Part shown: positions 10,022-19,829 of the stretch, piece by piece
Layout of the letters: each line of letters opens with the position of its first letter
Position numbering within the stretch: position 1 is the stretch's first letter
DNA from: an uncultured Candidatus Saccharibacteria bacterium
Lineage (GTDB): Bacteria; Patescibacteriota; Minisyncoccia; Phycocordibacterales; UBA918
Length of the DNA stretch: 64,000 nucleotides
NCBI GenBank assembly: GCA_964601615.1
Contig: CAZRNZ010000002.1
Coordinates: 73,339-137,338 of the forward strand
Direction: 5' to 3'
Made by a program: the position numbers and the translations under genes
Notes under the pieces: generated by a model
The model's database searches: none
What the model saw: the letters and a program-made list of their open reading frames with translations, nothing else
Told to the model about the DNA's origin: nothing

Positions 10022-10345
10022 ATGTTGAAGAAAAAAGAGCGATTAACAAAAAAAGAGTTTGATCGCTTTTTTTCTTTGGGAAAAAGGTTGCACTCCCCTT
10101 TCTTTACTATTGTTTATACAAAGAGTGATAATTTTCACGGGGCAGTAGTGGTGGGAAAAAAGGTTTTTAAAAACGCTGTTGATAGAAATCTTTTGCGTCG
10201 GCGGTTGTACAATTCGCTTTATAAGTTGTCTCGTGCGGATAATCTAAAAGGAGTGTATATAATACTATCTAAGCCACAAGCGGCTAAAATGTCTTTTTTT
10301 GATTTATACCAAGAGATGAAGACTATTACTGATTCTATAAAATAA
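10022..10345 (+). CDS. rnpA: Ribonuclease P protein component
   Basis: Basic 107-aa protein with the RnpA pattern (FTIVY...VVGKKVFKNAVDRNLLRRRL) in the conserved rpmH-rnpA-yidC order. Confidence 0.85.
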   Translation: MLKKKERLTKKEFDRFFSLGKRLHSPFFTIVYTKSDNFHGAVVVGKKVFKNAVDRNLLRRRLYNSLYKLSRADNLKGVYIILSKPQAAKMSFFDLYQEMKTITDSIK

Positions 10346-10348
10346 TTT

Positions 10349-11077
10349 ATGTTCTCTACTATTTGGCACACAATCTTTTTCGACCCAATTTATAATGGGC
10401 TAGTTTTTTTTATTGACGTTATTCCAGGTGGAGATATTGGTTTGGCGATTATCTTTACCACTATTGTAGTTAAGTTAATTTTGATGCCTCTTTCTATTAA
10501 GGCAGCTAAAACTCAAAAGGTTATTCGTGAAATTGAGCCAGAATTAAAAGAAATCCAAGAAAAATATAAAGATGATCGCGAATCTTTGGCCAGAGAGACG
10601 ATGACTTTATATAAGAATAAAGGAATAAATCCTTTTTCCAGTATTTTCTTGTTACTTTTACAGATTCCAGTTGTAATTGCACTTTATCTTTCTGTATTAA
10701 GTGGCGGAGGCGTTCCTTTGCCTAACATTAATCAGGAACTTCTCTACTCTTTTGTTCCTTCTCCTGAAACTGTTGATATGATTTTCTTAGGTTTTGTGGA
10801 TATTGCTGCTAAGAGTTGGCCTTTAGCTTTATTGGCAGGACTCGCTCAGTTTGCTCATGCAAATATTTCTTTACCAAAATTAGGTGGAAGAAAGGCTGGT
10901 GAAGTTGATTTTAAGGCAGATTTTGCACGTAGCATGGATATGAATATGCGGTATGTTATGCCGGCCATTATTGCTGTTTTTGCTTACACCCTCTCTGCTT
11001 CAGTAGCTTTATATTTCTTGGTAAGTAGTCTGTTTGCGATTGCACAAGAGTTTGTAATTAGAAGACATAGGAATTAG
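10349..11077 (+). CDS. yidC: Membrane protein insertase YidC/Oxa1 (short Gram-positive-type)
   Basis: Multi-TM protein with the conserved PLSIKAAKTQKVIREIEPELKEIQEKYKDD region, following rnpA. Confidence 0.88.
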   Translation: MFSTIWHTIFFDPIYNGLVFFIDVIPGGDIGLAIIFTTIVVKLILMPLSIKAAKTQKVIREIEPELKEIQEKYKDDRESLARETMTLYKNKGINPFSSIFLLLLQIPVVIALYLSVLSGGGVPLPNINQELLYSFVPSPETVDMIFLGFVDIAAKSWPLALLAGLAQFAHANISLPKLGGRKAGEVDFKADFARSMDMNMRYVMPAIIAVFAYTLSASVALYFLVSSLFAIAQEFVIRRHRN

Positions 11078-11086
11078 TTTTGGAAA

Positions 11087-11119
11087 TAAAATACCCCGAA
11101 GCTTTGCTTCGGGGTATTT
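11087..11119. terminator. Bidirectional terminator after yidC and at the end of the T4SS-like operon
   Basis: aaaataccccgaagctttgcttcggggtatttt. Confidence 0.7.
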
Positions 11120-11122
11120 TAT

Positions 11123-12313
11123 TTATAACCCTAGATTATAAAGCCAAAGACTGTTATTGGTTTTATTTAAGAAGAGCAACTTTTTCCCATCCTCTGTAAC
11201 AAATAACTTTATTACATCAATATCAAATCCCGCTAAATTTGGTAAGTAAGATAATATTTTAGCTGAACCATCAGTATTTTGTTGCCATAGTGTGTCTGAA
11301 GAAGTTATTTCACCTTTGTACCATTTTGATAAACTTTCTCTGTTGCCATCGTTTATTTGTGAGGAAAGTGCACAAATAAAACCTGTTAATTCACTATGGG
11401 TACATTTTTCGGGCACTGCTAATACTGAGGCATTAGCTAAGCTGTTATTTTCAATATTCTGAATAGCGTTAGTAATTTTCTGTCTATCTGTATCAAAGCC
11501 AGAATATAAAATGTTATTACCTGATTTGTCGATTACAGCAGAAAAACTATACAAATTTTTCTGGTTAATTCTCTGGGTATTTCCATTAATTATCTCGTAT
11601 ACCCCCCCTTTAAACCAAGGAGAGTTTTTGTTCGTTAAATAAGTTTTATTGTCAGACCAAAAAACTTCTATTTCAGTCATTGGTGTTGTCCATAGATCCT
11701 GAGTAAGATTCTCTTGCCAGTCATACTGTCGGGCAAATGTTTGATTGTTTTCTATAGTTGTATATCTAATGTCACCAATATTATTAAAAGAGAAATTACT
11801 GCTGTTTATGGGCAGTTTAGTGCTTTTAACAGTATTACCCCCAAGGGCGACAATAGTTGGTATTATGTCTGTTACCTGCTCTGATTCTAGAACAACCAAT
11901 TCACCGCTCAAATTAAATATTGCATTAACTGTTTTCCCTGTGGTATTTCCTGAAATTCTTGATTCACTATTATTATCTAAATTTATTTCATATACATGCC
12001 CAGTTCCTCTTTCAACGTAGCGAATTCTCTCTGGTTTTTCGGGGGTTGTAGTGGATGCTTCAATTTTGGGTAGATAAACGAAACCCGCAACCACTTTAGT
12101 GGTAAGTTGTCTTAATTGATTTTGATTGTCTGCCAGCTGAGTGTTTCCTGAATTTGTTTCTGTTTGTATTTCCGTCGGTTGTCCAATTATTCCTAGATCA
12201 GTAAAAACACTATTAATATTATTAGGTGTTCCAAATAAAAGTAAATAACCCCAAAGTAGTAGCAAGGTAACTACTACAAAAATACCAATTCCTACTAGTA
12301 TTCTTTGGGTCAT
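11123..12313 (-). CDS. Membrane-anchored extracytoplasmic protein, last gene of the T4SS-like operon
   Basis: N-terminal TM helix then an about 360-aa N/T/S-rich domain. 2-bp gap to the upstream gene. Confidence 0.5.
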   Translation of the reverse strand: MTQRILVGIGIFVVVTLLLLWGYLLLFGTPNNINSVFTDLGIIGQPTEIQTETNSGNTQLADNQNQLRQLTTKVVAGFVYLPKIEASTTTPEKPERIRYVERGTGHVYEINLDNNSESRISGNTTGKTVNAIFNLSGELVVLESEQVTDIIPTIVALGGNTVKSTKLPINSSNFSFNNIGDIRYTTIENNQTFARQYDWQENLTQDLWTTPMTEIEVFWSDNKTYLTNKNSPWFKGGVYEIINGNTQRINQKNLYSFSAVIDKSGNNILYSGFDTDRQKITNAIQNIENNSLANASVLAVPEKCTHSELTGFICALSSQINDGNRESLSKWYKGEITSSDTLWQQNTDGSAKILSYLPNLAGFDIDVIKLFVTEDGKKLLFLNKTNNSLWLYNLGL

Positions 12314-12314
12314 A

Positions 12315-12935
12315 TTAGTTTGGGTTACATTTATAAATAGTTGCTAATTGGGTACCGGTCCAGTAATTTTCATCGCGCGCTACATTTCCCTGGTTTTGGT
12401 TACATAGCTGAGTCAGTTCACTTACAGTTCGATCAAAACAGCCTGAGTCACTATTTTGACAGTGACTGAGTATGGATGTGGAATGAACAAATTCGTGAGT
12501 GTAAAACTCATCGCGAAGTGGCGTATTATTAACCACGCCAGTATTTTCTGAACCAGATTGAGTTGTTGTTGGTGCTAGTTCACTAGTTTCAAGTTCTTCT
12601 ATTATTGTTAGCCTAGTAAGATTGGGGTTAATTGTATTTAAAATAGTTACTGCTCCAAGGATTATCAGAAGTCCAAGTAGGGCATTTTTTATACGCTCTT
12701 TAGCGGCAGATTTTTTTGTTACCAGGTCTGATAACATATATTCAGCTCCTGCCCAAATAAGCATTCCTACAGCTGCAATTGCACCTAAAGCAATTGCAGC
12801 CATATATATAGCTTGAATATAATTACTAGAAGAAACTTCACCTGTAATAAAGGGTATTTGTTGAAAAGTAGTTATTTCATTGGCGCTTACTATAGTTGGT
12901 GCTAATAATATAGCTAAAAATAATATCTTTCTCAT
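12315..12935 (-). CDS. VirB2/TrbC-like pilin candidate with a Cys-containing C-terminal extension
   Basis: Signal peptide (MRKILFLAILLAPTIVSA), two hydrophobic helices separated by a short basic loop (classic VirB2/TrbC topology), then an about 100-aa tail with 4 Cys. Assigned by architecture and operon context. Confidence 0.5.
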   Translation of the reverse strand: MRKILFLAILLAPTIVSANEITTFQQIPFITGEVSSSNYIQAIYMAAIALGAIAAVGMLIWAGAEYMLSDLVTKKSAAKERIKNALLGLLIILGAVTILNTINPNLTRLTIIEELETSELAPTTTQSGSENTGVVNNTPLRDEFYTHEFVHSTSILSHCQNSDSGCFDRTVSELTQLCNQNQGNVARDENYWTGTQLATIYKCNPN

Positions 12936-13681
12936 AGATTTAAATTGAAAATACCCTTAGTAATTTCCGATAGATTTTGTTGACTACGAACATTTAATAT
13001 AACCTCAGTTGTTTCTTTATTAAAAGAATCGCTTCTAATTAAAGAAACTTCTCGCCAGTCATTTGGATTAAGTACAATATTTACACCCTGAGATTGCCAT
13101 GATCCTAGTGTATTAGAAAGAAGTGATTGAGTACCAAAGAAAAATGGCTCCGCTCGTACAGAAGTTTCGTTTCCTATTAAAATAAGATTTTTACCAATTG
13201 AATTTTGATTAAGACCACGAAGTTCATTATTTTCATAAAATAAGATCTTAGGAGAAGAAGTTTTTATGTATTCAGAAGCTGTACCAATGTTTTGCCCAGA
13301 AGCTGTACTTACTGTAACACTGATTAACACTTCCCTATTTGTAGCAGGTAAGTTTGTTATAACAAAAGGTGCTGATGTAGTTATGTTTTGGCTACCGATC
13401 CTCCAATTAAATCTACTCGCCTGAATATTTGTTTCTGGAATAGCAGTTATCTTTACAGAACTACCTACTATTGGCTCACTTCTACCTTTATAAAAATATG
13501 GTTTGTAAGTATTGGCTTCAACTATAAGGTCAATTGTCGAAAGACTCACAGTTGCTGTACTTGTTGCAATGTTTTGTCCATTATTAATGGGTAAAACAAA
13601 ACTTTGTTGAGCATGAGCAAAATTTATATTAAATAATATTGCTAAAAATAATATATATTTTTTTTTGCCTGTTGATGCCAT
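12932..13681 (-). CDS. Secreted protein (signal peptide), T4SS-like operon
   Basis: N-terminal signal peptide, beta-rich composition, 4-bp overlaps on both sides. Confidence 0.5.
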   Translation of the reverse strand: MASTGKKKYILFLAILFNINFAHAQQSFVLPINNGQNIATSTATVSLSTIDLIVEANTYKPYFYKGRSEPIVGSSVKITAIPETNIQASRFNWRIGSQNITTSAPFVITNLPATNREVLISVTVSTASGQNIGTASEYIKTSSPKILFYENNELRGLNQNSIGKNLILIGNETSVRAEPFFFGTQSLLSNTLGSWQSQGVNIVLNPNDWREVSLIRSDSFNKETTEVILNVRSQQNLSEITKGIFNLNL

Positions 13682-13694
13682 TCAGTAAATGATA

Positions 13695-14327
13695 TCACAG
13701 AGATTTATCACGAAGGAACATATATAAAGACCAAAGCCACATTATTGGGAATAAGTTTATTATTGGGCAAAGAAGAAGAACTAAACAAACTGATATCACC
13801 AAAATACTAAATCCTCCCAAAACATCTTCGCCACTTCCTGTATAAAGTGCTGCAGCTACGAACCAAGTTACTAAACCGCATATCATAGAGCCAGCAATTC
13901 CTATCAAAAATACTCCGGTGCCAGCTTCTTGAATTGAGTTAAATGTTACCCAGTTAAGAGCTGACATTACCCAATTTGATTCTGTTTCTGACATTAACCC
14001 TAGACCAATTAAGGCTATCAGAGCTAGACATAGTTGGATTATATAAATAATCACCGTATATGAAATAGAGGTGGTAAAAAGTTTGAAAGATGCTGCATCA
14101 GCATTTAATTTGTCACTAATCTTCACAAAATCTTTTACTTCCTGAGCAGTGTTTTGATTTGGAAAGAACTTAACCTTTTTAGGTGAAATACGTGGGGAAC
14201 TATTTCGTTGAGAGATGTTTGGACGACTCGGTTTTTTTAAACGTGAGTCATTACTAAAACCGCTCCCTGATTTAGTTGAACCACTAGGAGTCGGGGTCTT
14301 TTTTACTACAACGTTTTTTATGACCAT
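13695..14327 (-). CDS. Polytopic membrane protein with a basic S/P/K-rich N-terminal tail, T4SS-like operon
   Basis: About 80-aa disordered basic N-terminus followed by 4 predicted TM helices. Confidence 0.5.
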   Translation of the reverse strand: MVIKNVVVKKTPTPSGSTKSGSGFSNDSRLKKPSRPNISQRNSSPRISPKKVKFFPNQNTAQEVKDFVKISDKLNADAASFKLFTTSISYTVIIYIIQLCLALIALIGLGLMSETESNWVMSALNWVTFNSIQEAGTGVFLIGIAGSMICGLVTWFVAAALYTGSGEDVLGGFSILVISVCLVLLLCPIINLFPIMWLWSLYMFLRDKSL

Positions 14328-14330
14328 AGG

Positions 14331-16139
14331 CTAGTCTCGCAACGATTTAAGTTCAGCGCGAGCTTTTTTGATCTGAAGAAGTTGAGAAGGGTCAGATGTA
14401 ATAATTTGATCTTCTGTATAACTTGCTATCACTTTGATAGCAACATGTTTTAGTCCCACAAAGAATATACCCTCCCCCACGTTACTCTCTAGCAGCAAAA
14501 GTTTCTCTTCGTCAGTAAGATTGAAAGTTTTTTGTACGCTATCTATTGCGGTTGGTGATTGCTTCATTAAAAATTGTAATGAAGAGTTGGTAATCATAGG
14601 AACTCCGTAAGGGGAGCGCAAAAAGTCGCCCACATCTTGTGTGATAGTAGCAATACCAAGATAGTACTTTCGGCCACGTTTAGCTAGAGAAAACAGGAAG
14701 GAAGCAGTGTCTTCGCTTTTCATCATCCACCAAGCTTCATCGATAACCATCAAACGTTTTGCTAGGCGACGTCTAATCATATTCCAGATATGGTTTGTGA
14801 TGATATACATAGCAATTGTTTTGAGTTCATCTTCCATGTCACGCAGGGAGAAAACAATAAACTTTTGGTTTATATCCACATTAGTTGGATGATTCATGAA
14901 GCCAGACCAGGTTCCGCTAGTGTATTTTTGTAAGCGAGCGATAAGTGAATTACTTCCCTCCATTCCTGCTAATACCATTTCAAAATCTGAAAGAAGTGGA
15001 TACTCCATACCTGTCCAATCAGCATCTCCGGTAATGTCTTTAAGTGCGTAAACTTCGCGAATAGCTTGGTCAACAATAGTTTCCTCTTCAGGTGAAAGTC
15101 CGCCTAGCATTAAACGCATCAAGCCAATTAACTCAATGATATGAGAGCGTAGAATATCGTTTGGATCTTCATCTTCTTGCGGGTCTGGCAGGTCAAATGG
15201 GTTTATATGGTGTGGACTAGACAGAGAGATGTTGAAAAAACGTCCTCCTGTAGCTTCAGCTAAGTACTCATATTCCCTTTCAGGGTCGAGGACAATAACT
15301 TCTGTACCAAACATTAAAGAACGAAGAATCTCTAATTTAATAGCATAAGATTTTCCAGCACCAGAAGTAGCGAATGTTACTGAATTATAGTTTGTTAAAG
15401 AAAACCTATCGAATAATACAAGTGATGAGTTGTGACGGTTTATACCGTAAAGTATGCCGTTGTCACTAGTTAGGTCAAAAGATGTAAAAGGAAAAAAGCT
15501 AGAAAGTGGTGAAGAATTAAATTTACTATGAACTAAAAGCTCATCAGTCATTGTTGGTAAAACACTTTTTATACCTTGCTCTTGCTGGAATAATGCTGGT
15601 TTAATATAAACCAGTCTAGAATCTAGAATTCCTTTTACTTCTGATTCAGTTTTATTTAAAATATCTTCGTCTTGTCCGTAAACTGCGATATATAAACCTA
15701 CATCAAAAAGCTTCTCCTCAGCTTGTTGAAGTTTGTCGCGCAAATCTTCTAGGTTTCTATAAGCAGCTTCAAGTTGAGGGTCGCGCACCATCCCCTTGCT
15801 TTCGTTTGCATTGATTTGACTTTGTACCTCAGCTACTTTCTTTTGAAATTTCTTTAAAGTATCCGCAGTGTCTATCGGATGAATCATTATTGATACGTCC
15901 ATTTCTTTTTCTAAGTTTAAGATAGGTTCGAGCCATCCGTCATTTAAATAACGAGGATAAGATACTGCAAAAAAAACACGGGCATTTTGACCACTTATAT
16001 TTATATGACGTGGTTGCACAGAGACTGCTGATGGAGCAACAACATCTTCTAGTGTCATTAGGGCACTTTTAGTATCTAGAACATTATTATCACTAATTGC
16101 ACCAGATTTATTTTGTTTTATTAAATCAAAAATTCCCAT
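14331..16139 (-). CDS. virB4: VirB4/TrbE/CagE-family type IV secretion ATPase (C-terminal ATPase domain)
   Basis: Walker A FATSGAGKSYAIK, Walker B RLMVIDEAWWMM (the DEAW signature of VirB4), and a downstream IATITQDVGDF motif. Confidence 0.85.
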   Translation of the reverse strand: MGIFDLIKQNKSGAISDNNVLDTKSALMTLEDVVAPSAVSVQPRHINISGQNARVFFAVSYPRYLNDGWLEPILNLEKEMDVSIMIHPIDTADTLKKFQKKVAEVQSQINANESKGMVRDPQLEAAYRNLEDLRDKLQQAEEKLFDVGLYIAVYGQDEDILNKTESEVKGILDSRLVYIKPALFQQEQGIKSVLPTMTDELLVHSKFNSSPLSSFFPFTSFDLTSDNGILYGINRHNSSLVLFDRFSLTNYNSVTFATSGAGKSYAIKLEILRSLMFGTEVIVLDPEREYEYLAEATGGRFFNISLSSPHHINPFDLPDPQEDEDPNDILRSHIIELIGLMRLMLGGLSPEEETIVDQAIREVYALKDITGDADWTGMEYPLLSDFEMVLAGMEGSNSLIARLQKYTSGTWSGFMNHPTNVDINQKFIVFSLRDMEDELKTIAMYIITNHIWNMIRRRLAKRLMVIDEAWWMMKSEDTASFLFSLAKRGRKYYLGIATITQDVGDFLRSPYGVPMITNSSLQFLMKQSPTAIDSVQKTFNLTDEEKLLLLESNVGEGIFFVGLKHVAIKVIASYTEDQIITSDPSQLLQIKKARAELKSLRD

Positions 16140-16142
16140 ATC

Positions 16143-16781
16143 CTATTTATTACTTGGTGGATTTTTCTTAACATCACCGGGGTTGAAAATATGATAATAA
16201 AGCTCAACCAATTCTTCATTTTTTAGTAAAATGCTGCGGACGCCAACCGAAGAAAGACCCTGTTCTACCAATGATAATCTTTGTTCAAGTTGAGTTTTAT
16301 GTTCGGTAAAATTTTTGTCATCAAAATAAACATTTTTTTGACCGCCTAGCATCTCTTTAAAATTACCAAGATTCTTTTGTAAATTAGCAGAGGTTGGAGT
16401 ATAGGGAATGATAACAAAAAAACTTTTTGACATTACATCAACTTCATTTGTGAAGTTTTTAATAAATTGAATATATTCTCTGAGTTGAATTTTCATCAAT
16501 TCATTGTTTTGACTATCTTCCCTAGAGGCTAGAAGGTTTAGATATGGCTGAATATCGAGCCTACGAGATTGAATATAAATCTGAATTGAAAAATCTAAGG
16601 TGTTTAAGAAAGTTTGAAATTGGCGGAGAATAGCTTCTTGTTCGTCATATGATTTAAGGGCAAAGTTAATTGAAGACGCTAAAAGAACCATATTCATTTG
16701 GCCGTTCTTCAAAATAACCACGTCATCTCTAACGTCGCTTACTGGTACAAAATTCTGAGTAGTATTTTTGTCTGCTGCCAT
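16143..16781 (-). CDS. Soluble protein directly upstream of virB4, candidate split-off VirB4 N-terminal domain
   Basis: 212 aa, 3-bp gap to virB4. Combined 212+602 aa matches typical full-length VirB4 (about 800 aa). Inference. Confidence 0.45.
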   Translation of the reverse strand: MAADKNTTQNFVPVSDVRDDVVILKNGQMNMVLLASSINFALKSYDEQEAILRQFQTFLNTLDFSIQIYIQSRRLDIQPYLNLLASREDSQNNELMKIQLREYIQFIKNFTNEVDVMSKSFFVIIPYTPTSANLQKNLGNFKEMLGGQKNVYFDDKNFTEHKTQLEQRLSLVEQGLSSVGVRSILLKNEELVELYYHIFNPGDVKKNPPSNK

Positions 16782-16813
16782 CGTTACAATATAATAACAT
16801 TATCTGTTCAGCG

Positions 16814-17233
16814 TTAACGATTATCTTTTTGAATAGCTTTCATTTCAAGGCGTCGAGAAAGAGAAGCAATATTGTTTTCAGTAGTTGTTGGTGGGATATA
16901 TGAAGACGTGCTTACTGGAGGTGTGTTTTCGGAAGATGTATTATAAATCCCACTCCCCTTTTTGCGCCAGAAATATAATTTATTACCTTGGAAATATCGC
17001 ACAGCCGCCTCAAGGAAGTTAGAAAAAGGTCGGTTGTTTACTGGATAAAAAGCTAACAAAAAAGTTAGTGCTAAAACTGGAATACCAAGTAAAACAAAGA
17101 TAATAAAAGGAGTAAAAAAGAAAAGTACTGCTGATAATCCAACTCCTCCAGCAATATAAACAAATTGCTTCCAGGTCAGTGGACCAAAAATCTTGTCTTC
17201 TATTTCAATAAATTGTGGAACTTCGAATCTCAT
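16814..17233 (-). CDS. VirB3-like small membrane protein (two TM helices)
   Basis: 139 aa with a hairpin pair of TM helices (FVYIAGGVGLSAVLFFFTPFIIFVLLGIPVLALTFLLAFYPV) located just upstream of the VirB4 module, as for VirB3/TcpE/ConD. Confidence 0.5.
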   Translation of the reverse strand: MRFEVPQFIEIEDKIFGPLTWKQFVYIAGGVGLSAVLFFFTPFIIFVLLGIPVLALTFLLAFYPVNNRPFSNFLEAAVRYFQGNKLYFWRKKGSGIYNTSSENTPPVSTSSYIPPTTTENNIASLSRRLEMKAIQKDNR

Positions 17234-17793
17234 TTTTTGATTATATCATCTTGTGAAGAGCGATATACACCTTCTTCCTCAGATGTCTGACTCTTAAATG
17301 TGCCGTAACTATGAGCTCGGCTTATTTCTACATCTTCTGCAAAAGTCCTAATTGGTTTTACTGCATTCTGAATAGTCTCTTTTACTTCAGGAGTAATTTT
17401 TGGTGAAGTATTTTCTGTTCCTTCTGTTATTGTAGGCTTTATTTCTTTAGAGGTTTCGTCTTCTAATAACTCTGCAGCAATTTTTAACTCTCCGTCAACA
17501 ATTGAAAAAAGTTCTTCATCCAAAAAAAGAGAAATTTCTCTAGCAATAGATATTTCTGTAGGTAATGATTCTGTTAATCTCTCTATAAGACCTTTTCTGG
17601 TAAGAAAAAGATATAAAATCAAATCTATTTCCATTTGTAAGCCAGATTTTTGTTCCTCACTTAATGTGAACTGACTTACAGTCTTTTCTAATACAACCTC
17701 AACTGTGCCATATTGAAATAGCTCAATAATACTAAGTGGTAGCGCTTGGTATCTTTGTTGCATTAATTCTGGTAGTTGAGAGTTGTTGTACAT
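17230..17793 (-). CDS. Acidic soluble hypothetical protein, T4SS-like operon
   Basis: 187-aa ORF with a 4-bp overlap to the downstream gene. Confidence 0.45.
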   Translation of the reverse strand: MYNNSQLPELMQQRYQALPLSIIELFQYGTVEVVLEKTVSQFTLSEEQKSGLQMEIDLILYLFLTRKGLIERLTESLPTEISIAREISLFLDEELFSIVDGELKIAAELLEDETSKEIKPTITEGTENTSPKITPEVKETIQNAVKPIRTFAEDVEISRAHSYGTFKSQTSEEEGVYRSSQDDIIKK

Positions 17794-17803
17794 ATTTATC
17801 TTT

Positions 17804-19825
17804 TTACTTACCCTTTATCTTCTTTTTGTATTCGTTTCTGATTTCTGTTGCAGCATTGTCATTCTGTGATTTATCTCTTCCTGTAAAGAGGTTGGATATA
17901 ACATTTTTATTTTCAACTGTTGTAGCGTAACCCCCTGCTTCTTTGTCTGCTTTCTTTTCTGCGTTTGCTAAATCTTTTTTTGTTTCTGCTATCTCCTTCT
18001 GTAAATCACTCATTTTAGATTCGATTTCAGATTGTTTTTGCGCGTCATCTCTAGCTGAGGCACGTTCAAGTTGAAGTTCAGCAAAAGCAGACATTTTATT
18101 CTTCAACTCCTTCTTTTTGTCGTCTATTTCTTTATTAGTGCCAGAAGCTATATTGGTTTTAGAGCCAGTTTGACGGCGGAATCTTTCTGCACTAAGCGCT
18201 TCAGTTTGTTTACTTTTTTCATCTTCCAACTCTTCTCCTTTAGCGCGAAATGACTCTATTTGTGCTCTAATCACCTGCCGCTCTCCTTCATCTTTGGATT
18301 CAGATAATGATTTACGTTTATCTTGTATAAGTCTCTTGTTATCCTTAATTGCTTGATCTACAGCATCAACTTCTGTTTGTAAACGTGCAATTACTGGATC
18401 GCTACCACTCACCTCGCCAAGATTTTTGGCATAATTAACCTCTTTATCAAGAACTTGTTTAGTTGTTGTAGCGTAACCACCTTTTACTCCCTCACCAAGA
18501 CCCATCTTTGTACTTGTTGATCTATTTATATTACGAGCATCAAAACTACTGTCACCTAATTTTGTTGTGACATTAAGTGCGCGTCTACCTGCCCAACCAC
18601 TAACTCCTCCGCCAGAAGCTCGATCTCTTCCCTTGTCACTATCGGCGTAGTTTTGTGACCAGCGTCCAACTGTACCTCTTAATCCACCGGCTGCTAAGCC
18701 TGCTGGATTAACATTATTGGCTACATTTATTGCTAGATTAGCACCAGTGTCACCAAATTTTCTGGCTACATAAAGAGCTGCCCAGGCAAAAGCAGCGACA
18801 AAGAAAGAGGATACAATAAAACCAAAAGTATCCATGTCCCCTTGTGCTCTATTGGCCATCAATGTTTCTAGGGCTCTAAGTGATACTAGAAGCATAAAAA
18901 GATATGCTGGACCCATTATGGTTTGGTTTATTAACCTTTTCCACCAAGAGCTACTTAAGTTTTTAAAATTTGGTAAAACCCAACCCAAAAACATAATTGG
19001 CGAAAACATCATTAAGAATATCAGGTAGATAAAGCGTGAAAACATTAGAAGTGCCCCAGCCGCAAAAGTGAAGCCCATAATAATGAACATCAAACAAATT
19101 GCTATACCAATACCAAAAGCATCTCCCCAATTATATCCGCCAGATTGTTGGTCCTCGTCACTGTTGGATATGTAGTTACTAATAGCAAGACTTCGACTAC
19201 TAATAGATTCAATATCTGTAGCAGCTAGGAATCTGTCGTGAATTCCATATACTGGCATACCCATAACGGTAGCTGTTATGCCTGCATCGTCATCTAAGAC
19301 TAATACATTTCTTATTTCAGCAGCAGTGATATTACCAAAATCAATTACTATTTGAGCAGCGTAAAGACTAAAGTTTATTAATAAAGCGGCAATTAATAAA
19401 CTACCTAATGTTCTTTTTGCCTTACCCTCGTCTATTTGTAGAATAATTCTGAATCCTATAAAAATTATGCCAAATATGAATAGAAGATTGAATAAATCTC
19501 TAATAAATTCCCAAACGTACTGAATAACGTCGTCTAGCTGAAGTGTTGAAACTAGACCTGGCATGTTGAAGACAAATAAAGATAAGCTGATGTCTAGTAG
19601 TGAACCACCAATCCAAAGAAAAAAGCCACCTATAGTCGTAAGTGATACATAGATAACCCTACCGATATTGTCAAAGTTTTCAGCCATATTACCCGCATCA
19701 CCAGCTGTACCTGTAGTAGTCGTAGTTGCATAAGCGGTAAATGGACTCAGTAGCAAGGAAAAAGCAAAAAACACTAACAAAAAAATTAGCATTGAAATTA
19801 GTGTTTTTTTTCTTAACCCAAACAT
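17804..19825 (-). CDS. VirB6/TrbL-like polytopic membrane protein with a C-terminal coiled-coil charged tail
   Basis: Signal/TM N-terminus, 6 or more TM helices over about 380 aa, then an about 290-aa K/E/D-rich predicted coiled-coil (KEIDDKKKELKNKMSAFAELQLERASARDD...). Confidence 0.6.
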   Translation of the reverse strand: MFGLRKKTLISMLIFLLVFFAFSLLLSPFTAYATTTTTGTAGDAGNMAENFDNIGRVIYVSLTTIGGFFLWIGGSLLDISLSLFVFNMPGLVSTLQLDDVIQYVWEFIRDLFNLLFIFGIIFIGFRIILQIDEGKAKRTLGSLLIAALLINFSLYAAQIVIDFGNITAAEIRNVLVLDDDAGITATVMGMPVYGIHDRFLAATDIESISSRSLAISNYISNSDEDQQSGGYNWGDAFGIGIAICLMFIIMGFTFAAGALLMFSRFIYLIFLMMFSPIMFLGWVLPNFKNLSSSWWKRLINQTIMGPAYLFMLLVSLRALETLMANRAQGDMDTFGFIVSSFFVAAFAWAALYVARKFGDTGANLAINVANNVNPAGLAAGGLRGTVGRWSQNYADSDKGRDRASGGGVSGWAGRRALNVTTKLGDSSFDARNINRSTSTKMGLGEGVKGGYATTTKQVLDKEVNYAKNLGEVSGSDPVIARLQTEVDAVDQAIKDNKRLIQDKRKSLSESKDEGERQVIRAQIESFRAKGEELEDEKSKQTEALSAERFRRQTGSKTNIASGTNKEIDDKKKELKNKMSAFAELQLERASARDDAQKQSEIESKMSDLQKEIAETKKDLANAEKKADKEAGGYATTVENKNVISNLFTGRDKSQNDNAATEIRNEYKKKIKGK

Positions 19826-19829
19826 AAAT

